Shown here: piece after piece, positions 17,364-26,726 of the stretch | Numbering within the stretch: position 1 is the first letter of the stretch | Layout: each line of letters opens with the position of its first letter | From: Methanomassiliicoccales archaeon | GTDB lineage: Archaea > Thermoplasmatota > Thermoplasmata > Methanomassiliicoccales > UBA472 | Direction: 5' to 3' | NCBI GenBank assembly: GCA_028682915.1 | Contig: JAJRAN010000076.1 | Span: 1 to 50,650, forward strand | Length of the DNA: 50,650 nt | Notes under the pieces: generated by a model | Told to the model about the DNA's origin: nothing | The model's input: the letters and a program-made list of their open reading frames with translations, nothing else | Databases searched by the model: none | Position numbers and translations under genes: made by a program

Positions 17364-18641
17364 TCAGCTCCCCTCCTTGGCGTACTCGGCGGCGATCCAG
17401 GCCGTGAGGAGCTCCCCTCCCAGCCCCACGCCGGTGGGGAACGAGAAGCTGGCTAGGGTGGAGCCGGCTCCGAAGGCGTTCTCGAACGGCCTCCCCTCCT
17501 TGGTCATGAGCCTCATCTCGTGGGTGACCAGGTAGCCGGCCTCCACCACCTGCCGCATCGCCGCGTCATATCTGGTCTGGCCTGGAAGGGGTTCGGTCTT
17601 CCCGAACCACCCTACCTTGAAGGTGGAGAAGGGGTCGACCACCTCCCTCCCGGCCAGGGCGAGCCCTCCTCCGACCAGGTCCCCGGTGGCCAGAATCAGG
17701 GAGTTGAAGCTAACCGCCTGCCTCCGGGTCGGGGTCTCGATGAGCGCGGAGACGGCGCGCTCCCGCTTGACCTCCAGGCGGGTGACGAGATGGTTCTTCA
17801 TCAGGTGGCAGCCGTGGCCCACGGCGGACCGCTCCATCGCGTCCTGGAGGCGAAGGCCGGGCAGGGACATCGGGGTCACGAGCTCGAAGACGTTCTTCTC
17901 GCTCTCGGAGCAGAGCTCGGACATGCCCTTATGAACAGACTGGAGGCCGAAGAGCGGTGGGATGGCCACGCTGTCCTCCTCGAGATCGGATATCGTCTTG
18001 ATGAGCTCCTGGGTCCCACCGTTCTTGAAGCGCGCGGCGGCCTCGGTGGCGGTCATGCCCCCATGGCCCATACAATCGAGCTTGCGCCAATAGGGCCGGA
18101 CCCTCACCCCATCCACATGGCCGGCGCACATGGCCGCGACCAGCCTGGGATCTAGGTCCCGGTGACCCTCGATCCCCAGCAGGGCCAGTGATCCCTCCCT
18201 CAGCCGATCCAACCGGCCCGAGGCGGTGAAGGAAGGGGCGATGGAGCAGGAATACATGGTCCCGGCGTTGGTCAGCATGTCGAAGAAGTGGAAGGCGTCG
18301 TCGGTCATCTCCAGGCCTTGATCGGACAGGGAGCGCTGGAAGAAGGAACTCACCTGCAGCAGCACCTCCTCCAAGGCTAGCGAGCCCCTCTCCATTATGT
18401 CGTTGAAGGGATGCACGGAACGGGCCAGAGCCTCTAGGTCGATGGCACCCCTCTCCTGCCTGAGGATGTCCTTGCGGATGTACGATATGCACCCGGTGGA
18501 CATGGAGGTGGCCGTGGCCCCCTTCCCGACCACCAGGACGTTGTTGTTCTGGCTGGCCAAGGCCGAGGCGGCCATCAGGCCTGAGGCCCCGTGGCCGATC
18601 ACCAGGGCATCCACCTTGATCGGGGGGAGCTCCCTCAGCAT
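17364..18641 (-). CDS. glpB: Anaerobic glycerol-3-phosphate dehydrogenase subunit B
   Basis: VIGHGASG FAD site, ATSMSTG, SLPGLRLQ, ILATG, ENAFGAGS; ATG at 18641 after GGAGGGAGG. Confidence 0.82.
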   Translation of the reverse strand: MLRELPPIKVDALVIGHGASGLMAASALASQNNNVLVVGKGATATSMSTGCISYIRKDILRQERGAIDLEALARSVHPFNDIMERGSLALEEVLLQVSSFFQRSLSDQGLEMTDDAFHFFDMLTNAGTMYSCSIAPSFTASGRLDRLREGSLALLGIEGHRDLDPRLVAAMCAGHVDGVRVRPYWRKLDCMGHGGMTATEAAARFKNGGTQELIKTISDLEEDSVAIPPLFGLQSVHKGMSELCSESEKNVFELVTPMSLPGLRLQDAMERSAVGHGCHLMKNHLVTRLEVKRERAVSALIETPTRRQAVSFNSLILATGDLVGGGLALAGREVVDPFSTFKVGWFGKTEPLPGQTRYDAAMRQVVEAGYLVTHEMRLMTKEGRPFENAFGAGSTLASFSFPTGVGLGGELLTAWIAAEYAKEGS

Positions 18642-20212
18642 CCTCCCTCCCTGATGCTGAGATGGTAGGTGCCGGTGAGAAGGTACCTCTTGAGCACCTC
18701 TTGGCGGAGCTGGTCGCCCTCGAGAACGGGGGAAAGCCCCTTCCATCGCTCGGAGAGGAACTCCTCCAGCATGCGCTTGGGATCCTGCTCCGTCCGCGAT
18801 GCCAGCGATGAAAGGGCCTGTAGGGCGCACATCCCTGACTGGCAGTAGCCCATCCCCGCCCTGGTCCTCCTGGTCAGGTCGCTTAGGGTCCTGACGTCAG
18901 GATGGGCAGCGAAGTGCTCGAGCTCTCCTAGGAGCACCTGCTCGCAGGAGCAGACGACCTCGGTCCCGCGGGAGCGCTGGGCGCAAGCGGCCAATACCTT
19001 CTCCCTGCCTGGGCCGTACTTGCGCCATATGCGCCGCGAATACATCTGCAACGAACCTTCTAGGTGGGGCTCCCCCTCATCCTCGCACAGTGGGGCCTGC
19101 GCCGTCCGGCCGGACCGCGTGGAGCCCAAGGTGAGGCAGGCGAGGTCTGCGGTTTTCTCCGCCATCAGCCGATAGGTGGTGAGCTTGCCCCCCAGGATGC
19201 TCACCAGGTTGTCAACGCCTTGTCTCGAATGCTCCACGACCTGGTAACCCCGGCTGGCGTCCCGGCCGGTCGCCGCGGGGGAGAGAGCTCGAATGCCAGC
19301 GTAGGCGCGGACAGCCCTTCCCTTGGCCAACGAGGGGCAGATCCTGGTCGCTTGCTGGCTCAGCTCCTGAACGTCTTCCTTCGTGGCGCATGCGGGTCCG
19401 GGGCGGCTCATGGGCGCGGAGGTGGTCCCGATGATGGTGGAGGAATGGTTGGGCACCACGATGTCCCCGTTGGTCGGGGAGCGAAGGCGGTTCACCAACC
19501 CTCGGGTGTGGCGACCGTCGATCACCACCATGGTGCCCTTGTCGACCTGGACCTCAAGCTTGACGCGCGCCATGGCGGCCAGCTCCCCCGCCCAGGCTCC
19601 AGCGGCGTTGACCACCACCTCGGGCTTGACCTTATCCGCCTCCCCGGTCACCGCGTCACGGAAGATCACCTCGTCGATGGAGCCCCTGCCCACCTTGAAC
19701 GACTGGATGGATTTGTAGTTGAGGACCTTGGCGCCAGCGTCCCGGGCGGACTCCATGTTACCCAGGACGAGCGCGAACGGGTCCAGAGAGGCGTCGTTCA
19801 CCGAGAAGGCAGAGCGTATCTCCGGGCTCAGCTCCGGCTCTATGCCCCGCGCCTCCTGCACCGTCAAGGGGGAGTAGACCACCCCGGTGGACTTGCATGC
19901 CCGCTCGAACCTATCAGGGTAGGTTGGATCATCCTCAGGAAGCGAGACGAATACGCCGCCGCAGTCCTCGATGCAATAGGGCGCGATGCGACGAAGGACC
20001 CGGGATTCGGAGGCGCAGTCGGCGGCGGAACCGGGGTCCTTAACCGCGTACCTCGCCCCGCTGTGGAGCATGCCGTGGTTGCCACCGGAAGCCCCGTTGC
20101 AGAAATCGCCCCGTTCCAGGAGGAGGACCTCGACCCCTCTCAGAGCCAGGTCCCGGGCGACGCCCGCCCCGGTAGCGCCTCCCCCGATGACGAGAGCCTC
20201 AACTCGTGCCAA
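18635..20212 (-). CDS. glpA: Anaerobic glycerol-3-phosphate dehydrogenase subunit A
   Basis: IGGGATGAGVARDLALRG, HGMLHSGARYAVKD, GGKLTTYRLMAE, BFD-like CSCE...RTRAGMGYCQSGMC. Confidence 0.92.
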   Translation of the reverse strand: MARVEALVIGGGATGAGVARDLALRGVEVLLLERGDFCNGASGGNHGMLHSGARYAVKDPGSAADCASESRVLRRIAPYCIEDCGGVFVSLPEDDPTYPDRFERACKSTGVVYSPLTVQEARGIEPELSPEIRSAFSVNDASLDPFALVLGNMESARDAGAKVLNYKSIQSFKVGRGSIDEVIFRDAVTGEADKVKPEVVVNAAGAWAGELAAMARVKLEVQVDKGTMVVIDGRHTRGLVNRLRSPTNGDIVVPNHSSTIIGTTSAPMSRPGPACATKEDVQELSQQATRICPSLAKGRAVRAYAGIRALSPAATGRDASRGYQVVEHSRQGVDNLVSILGGKLTTYRLMAEKTADLACLTLGSTRSGRTAQAPLCEDEGEPHLEGSLQMYSRRIWRKYGPGREKVLAACAQRSRGTEVVCSCEQVLLGELEHFAAHPDVRTLSDLTRRTRAGMGYCQSGMCALQALSSLASRTEQDPKRMLEEFLSERWKGLSPVLEGDQLRQEVLKRYLLTGTYHLSIREGGC

Positions 20213-20318
20213 TTACCAGATTCTCCTCTGAATGCTCAGTGTTAACCTTGACCTCACCCCGGCCTAATGAGCCTATCGCATGGGCAGAGGGTCGGGACGG
20301 AGGATGGAGAGAAATGAG

Positions 20319-20393
20319 TAGCGGGGGGTCGATTTGAACGACCGGTCTCCGGGTTATGAGCCCGACGGGATGTCCTGGCTACCCCACCCCGCT
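20319..20393 (-). tRNA. Initiator tRNA-Met (CAT)
   Basis: Cloverleaf AGCGGGG/CCCCGCT with A1-U72, three G-C pairs in the anticodon stem around CAT, TTCAAAT T-loop; CCA not encoded. Confidence 0.95.
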
Positions 20394-20420
20394 GTGGAGA
20401 ACTCCTAACTCACATGCCCA

Positions 20421-20432
20421 TTATAAACCTTT
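20421..20432 (-). promoter_or_regulatory. BRE/TATA promoter of the initiator tRNA
   Basis: Minus strand AAAGG-TTTATAA about 28 nt upstream of the mature 5' end. Confidence 0.7.
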
Positions 20433-20449
20433 GGGGCCGCCCAAGGGCC

Positions 20450-20791
20450 TCAGAAGAACTTCCTCAGGCGGAGGACGTCATCGATCGACCCCTTGACCTT
20501 CACCTTCTTCAGCGCCCATGCCTTCATTATCTTCATCTCGCCGTTGAAGAGCTTGGTGACCGTGTCCGGGTCGGAGATGATGGTTATATCCGGATCGGGT
20601 ATGGTCCCCTCATAGAGCCTTTCCACCTTGGAGCATTCCAGGAGGAAGTAGTATCGCTCGCACCCCAGGTCGAGCTGTACCTTCTTCTTGATGCACTCCA
20701 GCTCCTTGTGGAGCGCGGGATCCTTGGCCACCCGGGCGTTGAAGCGGTCGATGGTGTCCTGTAGGATCGGTCGGCAAACCTGCTCGGGCAA
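20450..20791 (-). CDS. SCP2 sterol/lipid-binding domain protein
   Basis: PDITIISD...LFNGEM..MKAWALKKVKVKGS..DVLRL. Confidence 0.85.
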   Translation of the reverse strand: MPEQVCRPILQDTIDRFNARVAKDPALHKELECIKKKVQLDLGCERYYFLLECSKVERLYEGTIPDPDITIISDPDTVTKLFNGEMKIMKAWALKKVKVKGSIDDVLRLRKFF

Positions 20792-20795
20792 CTTC

Positions 20796-21440
20796 TCACT
20801 CCCAGTCCGTCAGCTTGGAGGTCTTGGACACGGAGAGCTTCCTCTTGGCCGTCTCCCAAGTCCTGCGGGTGTGGGGCGGTACATCCCCCTTTTCCTTTAT
20901 CCACTTTTCCAGAAACGCCAAGCTTATTTCGTCATGAGCGTAGCCGCTGCCTATGGGCTGGCCCAGCTCCTCCTCGATCTCCCTCACCCGGCGGTCGCGA
21001 ACTGTCTTGGCGATTATGGAGGCGGCCGACACCACGGGGTATCTCTCGTCCGCCTTGTGCTCGCAGAACATCTTTGGATGGTAGCTAAGATGGCCTCGTA
21101 TCCTCCTGGAGAACCTCCGGGCGTCCACGTCGCAGGCGTCGGCGTAAACCACATCGGCCATCAGGGAGGATATCAGGGAGGCGAAGGCTTTGACCTCGAT
21201 GTCGTTGAGAGAGTCGATGGCCATCATCTCATCCAGCTGCGCGGCCTCGATTATCTCCACCTCCACCCGCGCCCGCTTGCGTATCTCAAGCGCCAGCTCC
21301 TCGCGCCGGCGGGGGGAGAGCTGCTTGGAGTCCTTGACCCTGAGCGAGCGGAGGACGGCGTCGTCGTCCACCATCACGGCCGCCACCACCAGGGGCCCGA
21401 TCACCGGGCCGCGGCCAGCCTCGTCCACCCCGCAGATCAT
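20796..21440 (-). CDS. rnhB: Ribonuclease HII
   Basis: GVDEAGRGPVIGP, VKDSKQL, EHKAD..YPVVSAASIIAK, GSGY. Confidence 0.96.
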   Translation of the reverse strand: MICGVDEAGRGPVIGPLVVAAVMVDDDAVLRSLRVKDSKQLSPRRREELALEIRKRARVEVEIIEAAQLDEMMAIDSLNDIEVKAFASLISSLMADVVYADACDVDARRFSRRIRGHLSYHPKMFCEHKADERYPVVSAASIIAKTVRDRRVREIEEELGQPIGSGYAHDEISLAFLEKWIKEKGDVPPHTRRTWETAKRKLSVSKTSKLTDWE

Positions 21441-21537
21441 CAGTGCACCATATCCTGGAGGTTGTATTCTGAGTTATCGCAGCTGAAGCAAGCCGGGGGG
21501 CAGCTCGCAAGGTTGATTTGGCCGGAGCGCCTAGTCC

Positions 21538-22650
21538 ATGGCCGTGTCCGAGGTTTACTTCTCAGACCTGAGGGCGGACCGAGAGTCCATGAACATGCCC
21601 AACAAGATAGCCAAGCTTTTCAAGGCCGCAAAGCTGGGCGAGGCATTCAACAAGGGAGAGCTGGTGGCCATCAAGACCCACTTCGGCGAGCCTGGAAGCC
21701 ACACCTTCCTCAGGCCGCAGTACGCGGCCAAGGTCGTCGAGCTGGTGGGCAAGAAAGGAGGCAAGCCCTTCCTTACGGACTCGAACACGCTCTACATCGG
21801 GGGCAGGACGAACGCGGTCGACCACCTGACCACGGCCGCCAGGCATGGTTACGTCTTCCCTGTGGTCAACGCCCCGGTGGTGATCGCGGACGGCCTCACG
21901 GGCAGGGACCATGCGGAGATCAGGGTCGATCTGCGCCACTGCAAGACGGTGAAGGTAGGCAGCGCGGCGGTGCACGCGGACGCGATCATCTGCGTCTCGC
22001 ACGTGAAGGGGCACATCATGACTGGCTTCGGGGGAGCCATGAAGAACCTAGGGATGGGGTTCGGGTCGAGGGCGGGCAAGCTGGAGATGCACACCGACTT
22101 CACGCCGAAGGTCAAGGAGGACGCTTGCAAGGGCTGCGGTTTGTGTATCAGGCACTGCCCGGCCAAGGCCATAGCGCTAAGAAGCGAGAAGGCGCGCATC
22201 GACCCGAGGAAATGCATCGGCTGCGGAGAATGCTTCATCACCTGCTACAATCAGGCGATCGACCCCGGAGAGTGGAGCGGCAACCAGCTGGGACAGGAGA
22301 AGATCGTGGAGTACTGCTTCGGGATAATGAAGGGGAAGAAGAACAAGATGGGGTTCATATCCTTCATCATGGACTTCACCCCCTTGTGCGACTGTCCCTC
22401 CTGGAGCGACCGTCCAGTGATTCCGGACGTCGGCATTCTCGCTTCCCGGGACATCGTTTCGATAGACCAGGCCGCGGCCGACCTGGTCAACGCCCAGGCA
22501 GGCATCGAGGGCACCAAGCTGGACGTGGAATTCCTTGCACCGGGCAAGGACAAGATCCAGGGCTTGAACAAGGTGGATTGGCAGCCACAGCTGAGGTATG
22601 CCGAGGAGCTCGGGCTCGGTTCCAGGAAATACCAGCTCATCAAGGTCTGA
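21538..22650 (+). CDS. DUF362 domain Fe-S protein with 2x4Fe-4S ferredoxin insert
   Basis: AIKTHFGE, SHVKGH..TGFGGAMKNLGMG, two CxxCxxCxxxC motifs, PLCDC. Confidence 0.88.
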   Translation: MAVSEVYFSDLRADRESMNMPNKIAKLFKAAKLGEAFNKGELVAIKTHFGEPGSHTFLRPQYAAKVVELVGKKGGKPFLTDSNTLYIGGRTNAVDHLTTAARHGYVFPVVNAPVVIADGLTGRDHAEIRVDLRHCKTVKVGSAAVHADAIICVSHVKGHIMTGFGGAMKNLGMGFGSRAGKLEMHTDFTPKVKEDACKGCGLCIRHCPAKAIALRSEKARIDPRKCIGCGECFITCYNQAIDPGEWSGNQLGQEKIVEYCFGIMKGKKNKMGFISFIMDFTPLCDCPSWSDRPVIPDVGILASRDIVSIDQAAADLVNAQAGIEGTKLDVEFLAPGKDKIQGLNKVDWQPQLRYAEELGLGSRKYQLIKV

Positions 22651-22770
22651 AACACTTACTCTCGATAGCGAGTTCTACCAAAAAAATGGTCATTGGATTA
22701 GAGTTTAAGAACCTCTGACAAATCCGGTCCCGGTGATTGCATCTCGGTCTCTGACGTTCAGAATCATCGC

Positions 22771-23661
22771 TTGTTGAACGGCTTCAAGCTCACCCGGGTA
22801 GGCGTGACTGGAGTGCGCAAGCAGGTCACGGTGAGGAGGGCAGGGGTGGCTGGCTGCCTCAACTGCAACATTGATGTCTTCGTGGACCTCCCCTCAACCC
22901 AACGCGGCTCCCACCTCTCTCGGAACCTGGAGGTAATCGAGGAGGTGCTGGAGTCAAGCGCTTGCGCCCCGGTGTCTGGATTGGAGGTCCTAGCCTCGGA
23001 CATGTGCCGAGGGCTGCTGGAGAAGCATGGATACGCCTCCTATGCGGAGGTGAACGTGCACGCGGATTATTTCCTTGACCGCCATAACCCCAGCGGTCGC
23101 ACCACCAGGGAATACTTCGAGCTGACCGCCAAGGCCAATGGCACCCGTGGGAATGGCCTGAAGAAGATGATCGGAGCGACCGCCATTGGCATGACCGCGT
23201 GCCCGTGCGCGATGGAGACGGTCAGGGAGCAGGTGAAGGGCAATGTCACCATCGACGGCGAGCTGCCGACCATCTCTCACAACCAAAGGAACGTCTCGAC
23301 CCTAATGGTGGAAGTGCCGGAGATGTACGATGTGGAGGCGAACGACCTGATCGAGATCCTGGAAGCGTCCTTCTCCTCACCGACCTACGAGATCCTCAAA
23401 CGCACCGACGAGGCGGCCGTGGTGATAAAAGCACATTCCAACCCCAAGTTCGTCGAGGATGTGGTGCGGGATATCCTCACCAAGGTCCTGGAGAGGTACG
23501 CATCCTTGCCGGACGACGTGATCGTCACCGCTCGCAGCGAGAGCGAGGAGTCCATCCACAAGCACAACGCTTTCGCGGAGAGGGTGACGACACTTGGCGA
23601 GCTGAGGGACAGGTCCTCACAGGAAGGCGTCGATCTGGGACCGAGGGGTGGCTGCTCCTGA
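22771..23661 (+). CDS. mptA: GTP cyclohydrolase MptA / FolE2 family
   Basis: RGSHLSR, GMTACPCA, SHNQR, LKRTDE, NPKFVEDVVR, ESIHKHNA. Confidence 0.9.
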   Translation: MLNGFKLTRVGVTGVRKQVTVRRAGVAGCLNCNIDVFVDLPSTQRGSHLSRNLEVIEEVLESSACAPVSGLEVLASDMCRGLLEKHGYASYAEVNVHADYFLDRHNPSGRTTREYFELTAKANGTRGNGLKKMIGATAIGMTACPCAMETVREQVKGNVTIDGELPTISHNQRNVSTLMVEVPEMYDVEANDLIEILEASFSSPTYEILKRTDEAAVVIKAHSNPKFVEDVVRDILTKVLERYASLPDDVIVTARSESEESIHKHNAFAERVTTLGELRDRSSQEGVDLGPRGGCS

Positions 23662-24329
23662 TCAAGGCGCTCGCCTGCGACATCGACGGCACCATCACCG
23701 ACGGGAGCAGACACATCCAGCCGAAGGCCATAGAGGTCCTGAGGAAGGTGCAGGCGAACGGTTATCACGTCATGCTGGCCACGGGCAACGTCCTTCCGGT
23801 GGCCTTCGGCCTTTCCGCCTTCCTCGGAATCAAGGGCCCGGTCATCGCCGAGAACGGAGGGCTGGTGTATTACAAGGAGAAGGTCTACAAGCTCCAGAGC
23901 ATCGATACCCCGCTGCAAGCCTGGGCCTACCTTAAGGAAAGGATGCCCGAGGCGGAGCGGTTGTTCACCGACCATTGGCGGGAGACGGAGGTGGGCCTGA
24001 AGCGATCTACGGACCTGGACAAGGTCCAGAAGATCCTGTTCGACTGGCCAGTGGAGATCGAGGTCACCGGCTTCGCCATCCACATCATGGAGCCGGGCCA
24101 TAGCAAGTTTAAGGGAGTGGTGAAGGGCTGCGAGCTCCTCGGCATCGACCCCCTGCAGGTCCTGGCCATCGGCGACTCGGACAATGACGTGCGCATGTTG
24201 AGGGGGGTGGGTCAGAGCGTGGCTGTGGGGAACGCTTCCTTGCTGGCCAAGCAGGCGGCCACCTTCGTCGCCGAGTCCAGCCACGTGGATGGAGTAATAG
24301 ATGGCCTCCTACATTTCGGGCTCTTATGA
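23658..24329 (+). CDS. HAD-family phosphoglycolate phosphatase (Cof/TA0175-like)
   Basis: DIDGTIT, LATGN, IAENGG, SK..G, IGDSDND; probable CTG start overlapping the mptA stop. Confidence 0.88.
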   Translation: MIKALACDIDGTITDGSRHIQPKAIEVLRKVQANGYHVMLATGNVLPVAFGLSAFLGIKGPVIAENGGLVYYKEKVYKLQSIDTPLQAWAYLKERMPEAERLFTDHWRETEVGLKRSTDLDKVQKILFDWPVEIEVTGFAIHIMEPGHSKFKGVVKGCELLGIDPLQVLAIGDSDNDVRMLRGVGQSVAVGNASLLAKQAATFVAESSHVDGVIDGLLHFGLL

Positions 24330-24415
24330 AGCGATAGCCGAGCTTGATTCGATGCCAATAAGATGCATCTCGACAACCGTTAATACGGGGGACCGACCTT
24401 TCTGGATATCCTAGG

Positions 24416-25540
24416 GTGCTGAGCTTGCGCGTGGCTGGCATATGCAGGGACATCAACTGGCCTGAAGGCCTGCGCGGCGAGGTCATCGAAGAGATCGAGT
24501 CGGAGGAGGGCATGTTGCAGAGGCTCTCCAAACCAGTCCCCCGGTCGGCGTTCATAAACGCCATGGCCTTGATATTGATCGCGGTCAGCATCATCCTCAT
24601 CCTGATATTCCCCGCAGGCGTGATCGCATGGTTCATCGTCGCCTTCGTCCTCTATTCCTTCAATTTCATCATCCTTTTCCTGCCAACCACGAGGAAGGGG
24701 AAGCGAGACGAGAGCTGCCGCCGTACCATCGGCAGAGACTCGCTGGCACCGATAAATTACCTTCTAAAGAAGAAGAGAAAGCTCGCTGTGGAGGTGGGGC
24801 TTACCATGTTCCTAGGGGGAATGGTCCCCCTGGCACTGAGCTTCTTCGTCCTCTTCGGCATAGGGCTCCTGCTGGTCATCTACTTCGCATTCCTAGCTGT
24901 TACTCTGGACCCCTCGGTCGCTTGGCCAATAATAATCCAGGTGCTGGTCATCATCCTGTTCTTCATAGCGATGGTGCTGATCAGGCCGGACACGCAAGGC
25001 TTGACCAGGATAGCCAGATCGTTCCATAACCGTTACGAGGGGGCCCGCCAGAGGAGCAGGTGGTACACCGCTGCCATCGTCCTCGGAATCGGCCTCGTCG
25101 CCGTGGGCTTGTCGATGCTCCTCGTGGGGGCCATCCTCCTTACCGGTGGCGTGTTGGGGGAGGTCATAACCGAGGGCGGGCGGACAGGCGTCAGCTTGCT
25201 CCTGATCGCCTTAGTCTTCGTTGTGGAACTGGTGGTGATGCGCCATTTCCAGGCGGTATCGAGCCGGAAGATGGCTAGGACGTTGATCAGAAACAGGTTG
25301 GAGATACTGAGGAAGGATGTGCTCGAGCCCCTGACCGCCCTGCTCGACCAAGGCAAGTACGCAGATGAAGAAGGCTATGACAAGGAGGAGTTCGAACGCA
25401 TCAAGACCAACTTCTTCAACGTGGTCATCTACGCGGTCTACGAGCTCAACCTCTTCGGGTACTCATCCGTCTACATCGTAGGGCCCAATGTCAAGTATCT
25501 GATCGATGAGAGGGTCCTCCCATATGTCGGCGGGGTTTGA
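24416..25540 (+). CDS. Multi-pass membrane protein of unknown function
   Basis: About seven hydrophobic helices; TTAATAC at about 24380; start could be 24512. Confidence 0.7.
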   Translation: MLSLRVAGICRDINWPEGLRGEVIEEIESEEGMLQRLSKPVPRSAFINAMALILIAVSIILILIFPAGVIAWFIVAFVLYSFNFIILFLPTTRKGKRDESCRRTIGRDSLAPINYLLKKKRKLAVEVGLTMFLGGMVPLALSFFVLFGIGLLLVIYFAFLAVTLDPSVAWPIIIQVLVIILFFIAMVLIRPDTQGLTRIARSFHNRYEGARQRSRWYTAAIVLGIGLVAVGLSMLLVGAILLTGGVLGEVITEGGRTGVSLLLIALVFVVELVVMRHFQAVSSRKMARTLIRNRLEILRKDVLEPLTALLDQGKYADEEGYDKEEFERIKTNFFNVVIYAVYELNLFGYSSVYIVGPNVKYLIDERVLPYVGGV

Positions 25541-25603
25541 ATCGCTGACTAACTATGACATTAACAAAAGGCTATTAGCCCTCGTCCTCCTTTTGCCGCT
25601 CAC

Positions 25604-25801
25604 ATGGGAAAAAAGGAGCAAGTGGCCTCGATCCTGCAGATGATTGGCGGGAACGCGGACCAGGCCGAGAAGGTCGTGGACGAGGTGGACCGTTTCTTCG
25701 ATAACCTGAACGCGGAGATCGAGGACTGGAAGATCTCCATGGAGGAGTTCAAGGACGGGACTAGGATCTTCGCCAGGGTGCAGGTTCTCATCAAGAAGTA
25801 G
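25604..25801 (+). CDS. Microprotein (65 aa), paralog of 27597-27770
   Basis: Host-like codon usage; LNAEIEDWKISMEEFKDGTRI aligns with the microprotein at 27597-27770. Confidence 0.75.
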   Translation: MGKKEQVASILQMIGGNADQAEKVVDEVDRFFDNLNAEIEDWKISMEEFKDGTRIFARVQVLIKK

Positions 25802-25808
25802 GTGTGCG

Positions 25809-26726
25809 ATGGCCGATAAGAAGAGGGTCGAGCCGGAGGAGGACGACAAATGCACCCATCCCCTGATATGCGCCGAGGAATGGGAGGACTCGGAGGGCGC
25901 GAAGGTCATTGCCGAGTTCCACAAGGATGGGGGGCCGGACGAGGAGAGGCGGGTCGAGGAGGACCTGGACGCTTTCGAGAGATACTGGCAGAAGAAGCAG
26001 GGCATCAATTTCCAAGGGGAGTATCACAAGGAGGGCGCTCCCTTCTTGGAGGAACCCTCCGGATGGGACGGTCATAGACCACGCAGCCAAGAGGCCGTAG
26101 GGGAAGCCCGGCCTGCTACCCAGCCAAGTCTAGCGACCGTATTCGAAGAAGAGGAGAAGCCTGAAAACCTCGCGGCAAGAGAGGCGTCAGAACCGGCCAT
26201 ACTCACCGATGCCGGCATTGTGAAGGGCGAGGCTACTTTGGCCCCATCACCACCGTTGGAGCATGGGAAGGAACCCAAGGAGCCTTTGAAACTCACCGAG
26301 GTCGTGGACATCAACACCCTGGAGGTGATCAGCTATTGGATCTTCCGTGTAGCCTTCGGAAAGGAGCTGCACATACCTATCAAGAAGGAGGGCCTGGCGG
26401 ACATCGACGTCCACATCAAAAACAAGGAAGTGATCGTGAACACCAACCAGCTCTACTTCGCCTTCCCAGAGTTGGTGGTCTGGCACATAACCTATACCCA
26501 TAAGGGCAGGCCGATATTGGAGATAGGCCGCGGGGTGAAGAAGGGCATGAAGGTGCACCGCCTGAACGCCGTGCGGTTGCTGATGGAGGTATGGATGGGC
26601 AGCAGGAAGGCGGAGAAGGCTCCCAAGAAGACCGGCAAGGGCGCATCCGCACCAATACAGGGCGGGAGTAAGAGCCAGAAGGCAAAAGACAACCAGGACC
26701 TAAAGGAGAAAGGGGACATCACCTGA
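25809..26726 (+). CDS. Hypothetical protein: acidic low-complexity N-terminal half, beta-rich C-terminal domain
   Basis: RBS AGGTG; TGATG overlap with the kinase gene. Confidence 0.7.
   Translation: MADKKRVEPEEDDKCTHPLICAEEWEDSEGAKVIAEFHKDGGPDEERRVEEDLDAFERYWQKKQGINFQGEYHKEGAPFLEEPSGWDGHRPRSQEAVGEARPATQPSLATVFEEEEKPENLAAREASEPAILTDAGIVKGEATLAPSPPLEHGKEPKEPLKLTEVVDINTLEVISYWIFRVAFGKELHIPIKKEGLADIDVHIKNKEVIVNTNQLYFAFPELVVWHITYTHKGRPILEIGRGVKKGMKVHRLNAVRLLMEVWMGSRKAEKAPKKTGKGASAPIQGGSKSQKAKDNQDLKEKGDIT

Noticed and set aside
17364-18830. Long N-terminal extensions in the ORF track for glpB, Cas4, the HAD phosphatase, gatB, glnA, the radical SAM protein and the FecCD permease
   Set aside because: They overlap upstream genes or promoters; downstream starts match family N-termini and most have an RBS or TATA box
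20221-20450. Integrated element at tRNA-Met, and likewise at tRNA-Asp (46893-46968)
   Set aside because: No integrase, no duplicated tRNA 3' end seen, and flanks are housekeeping genes
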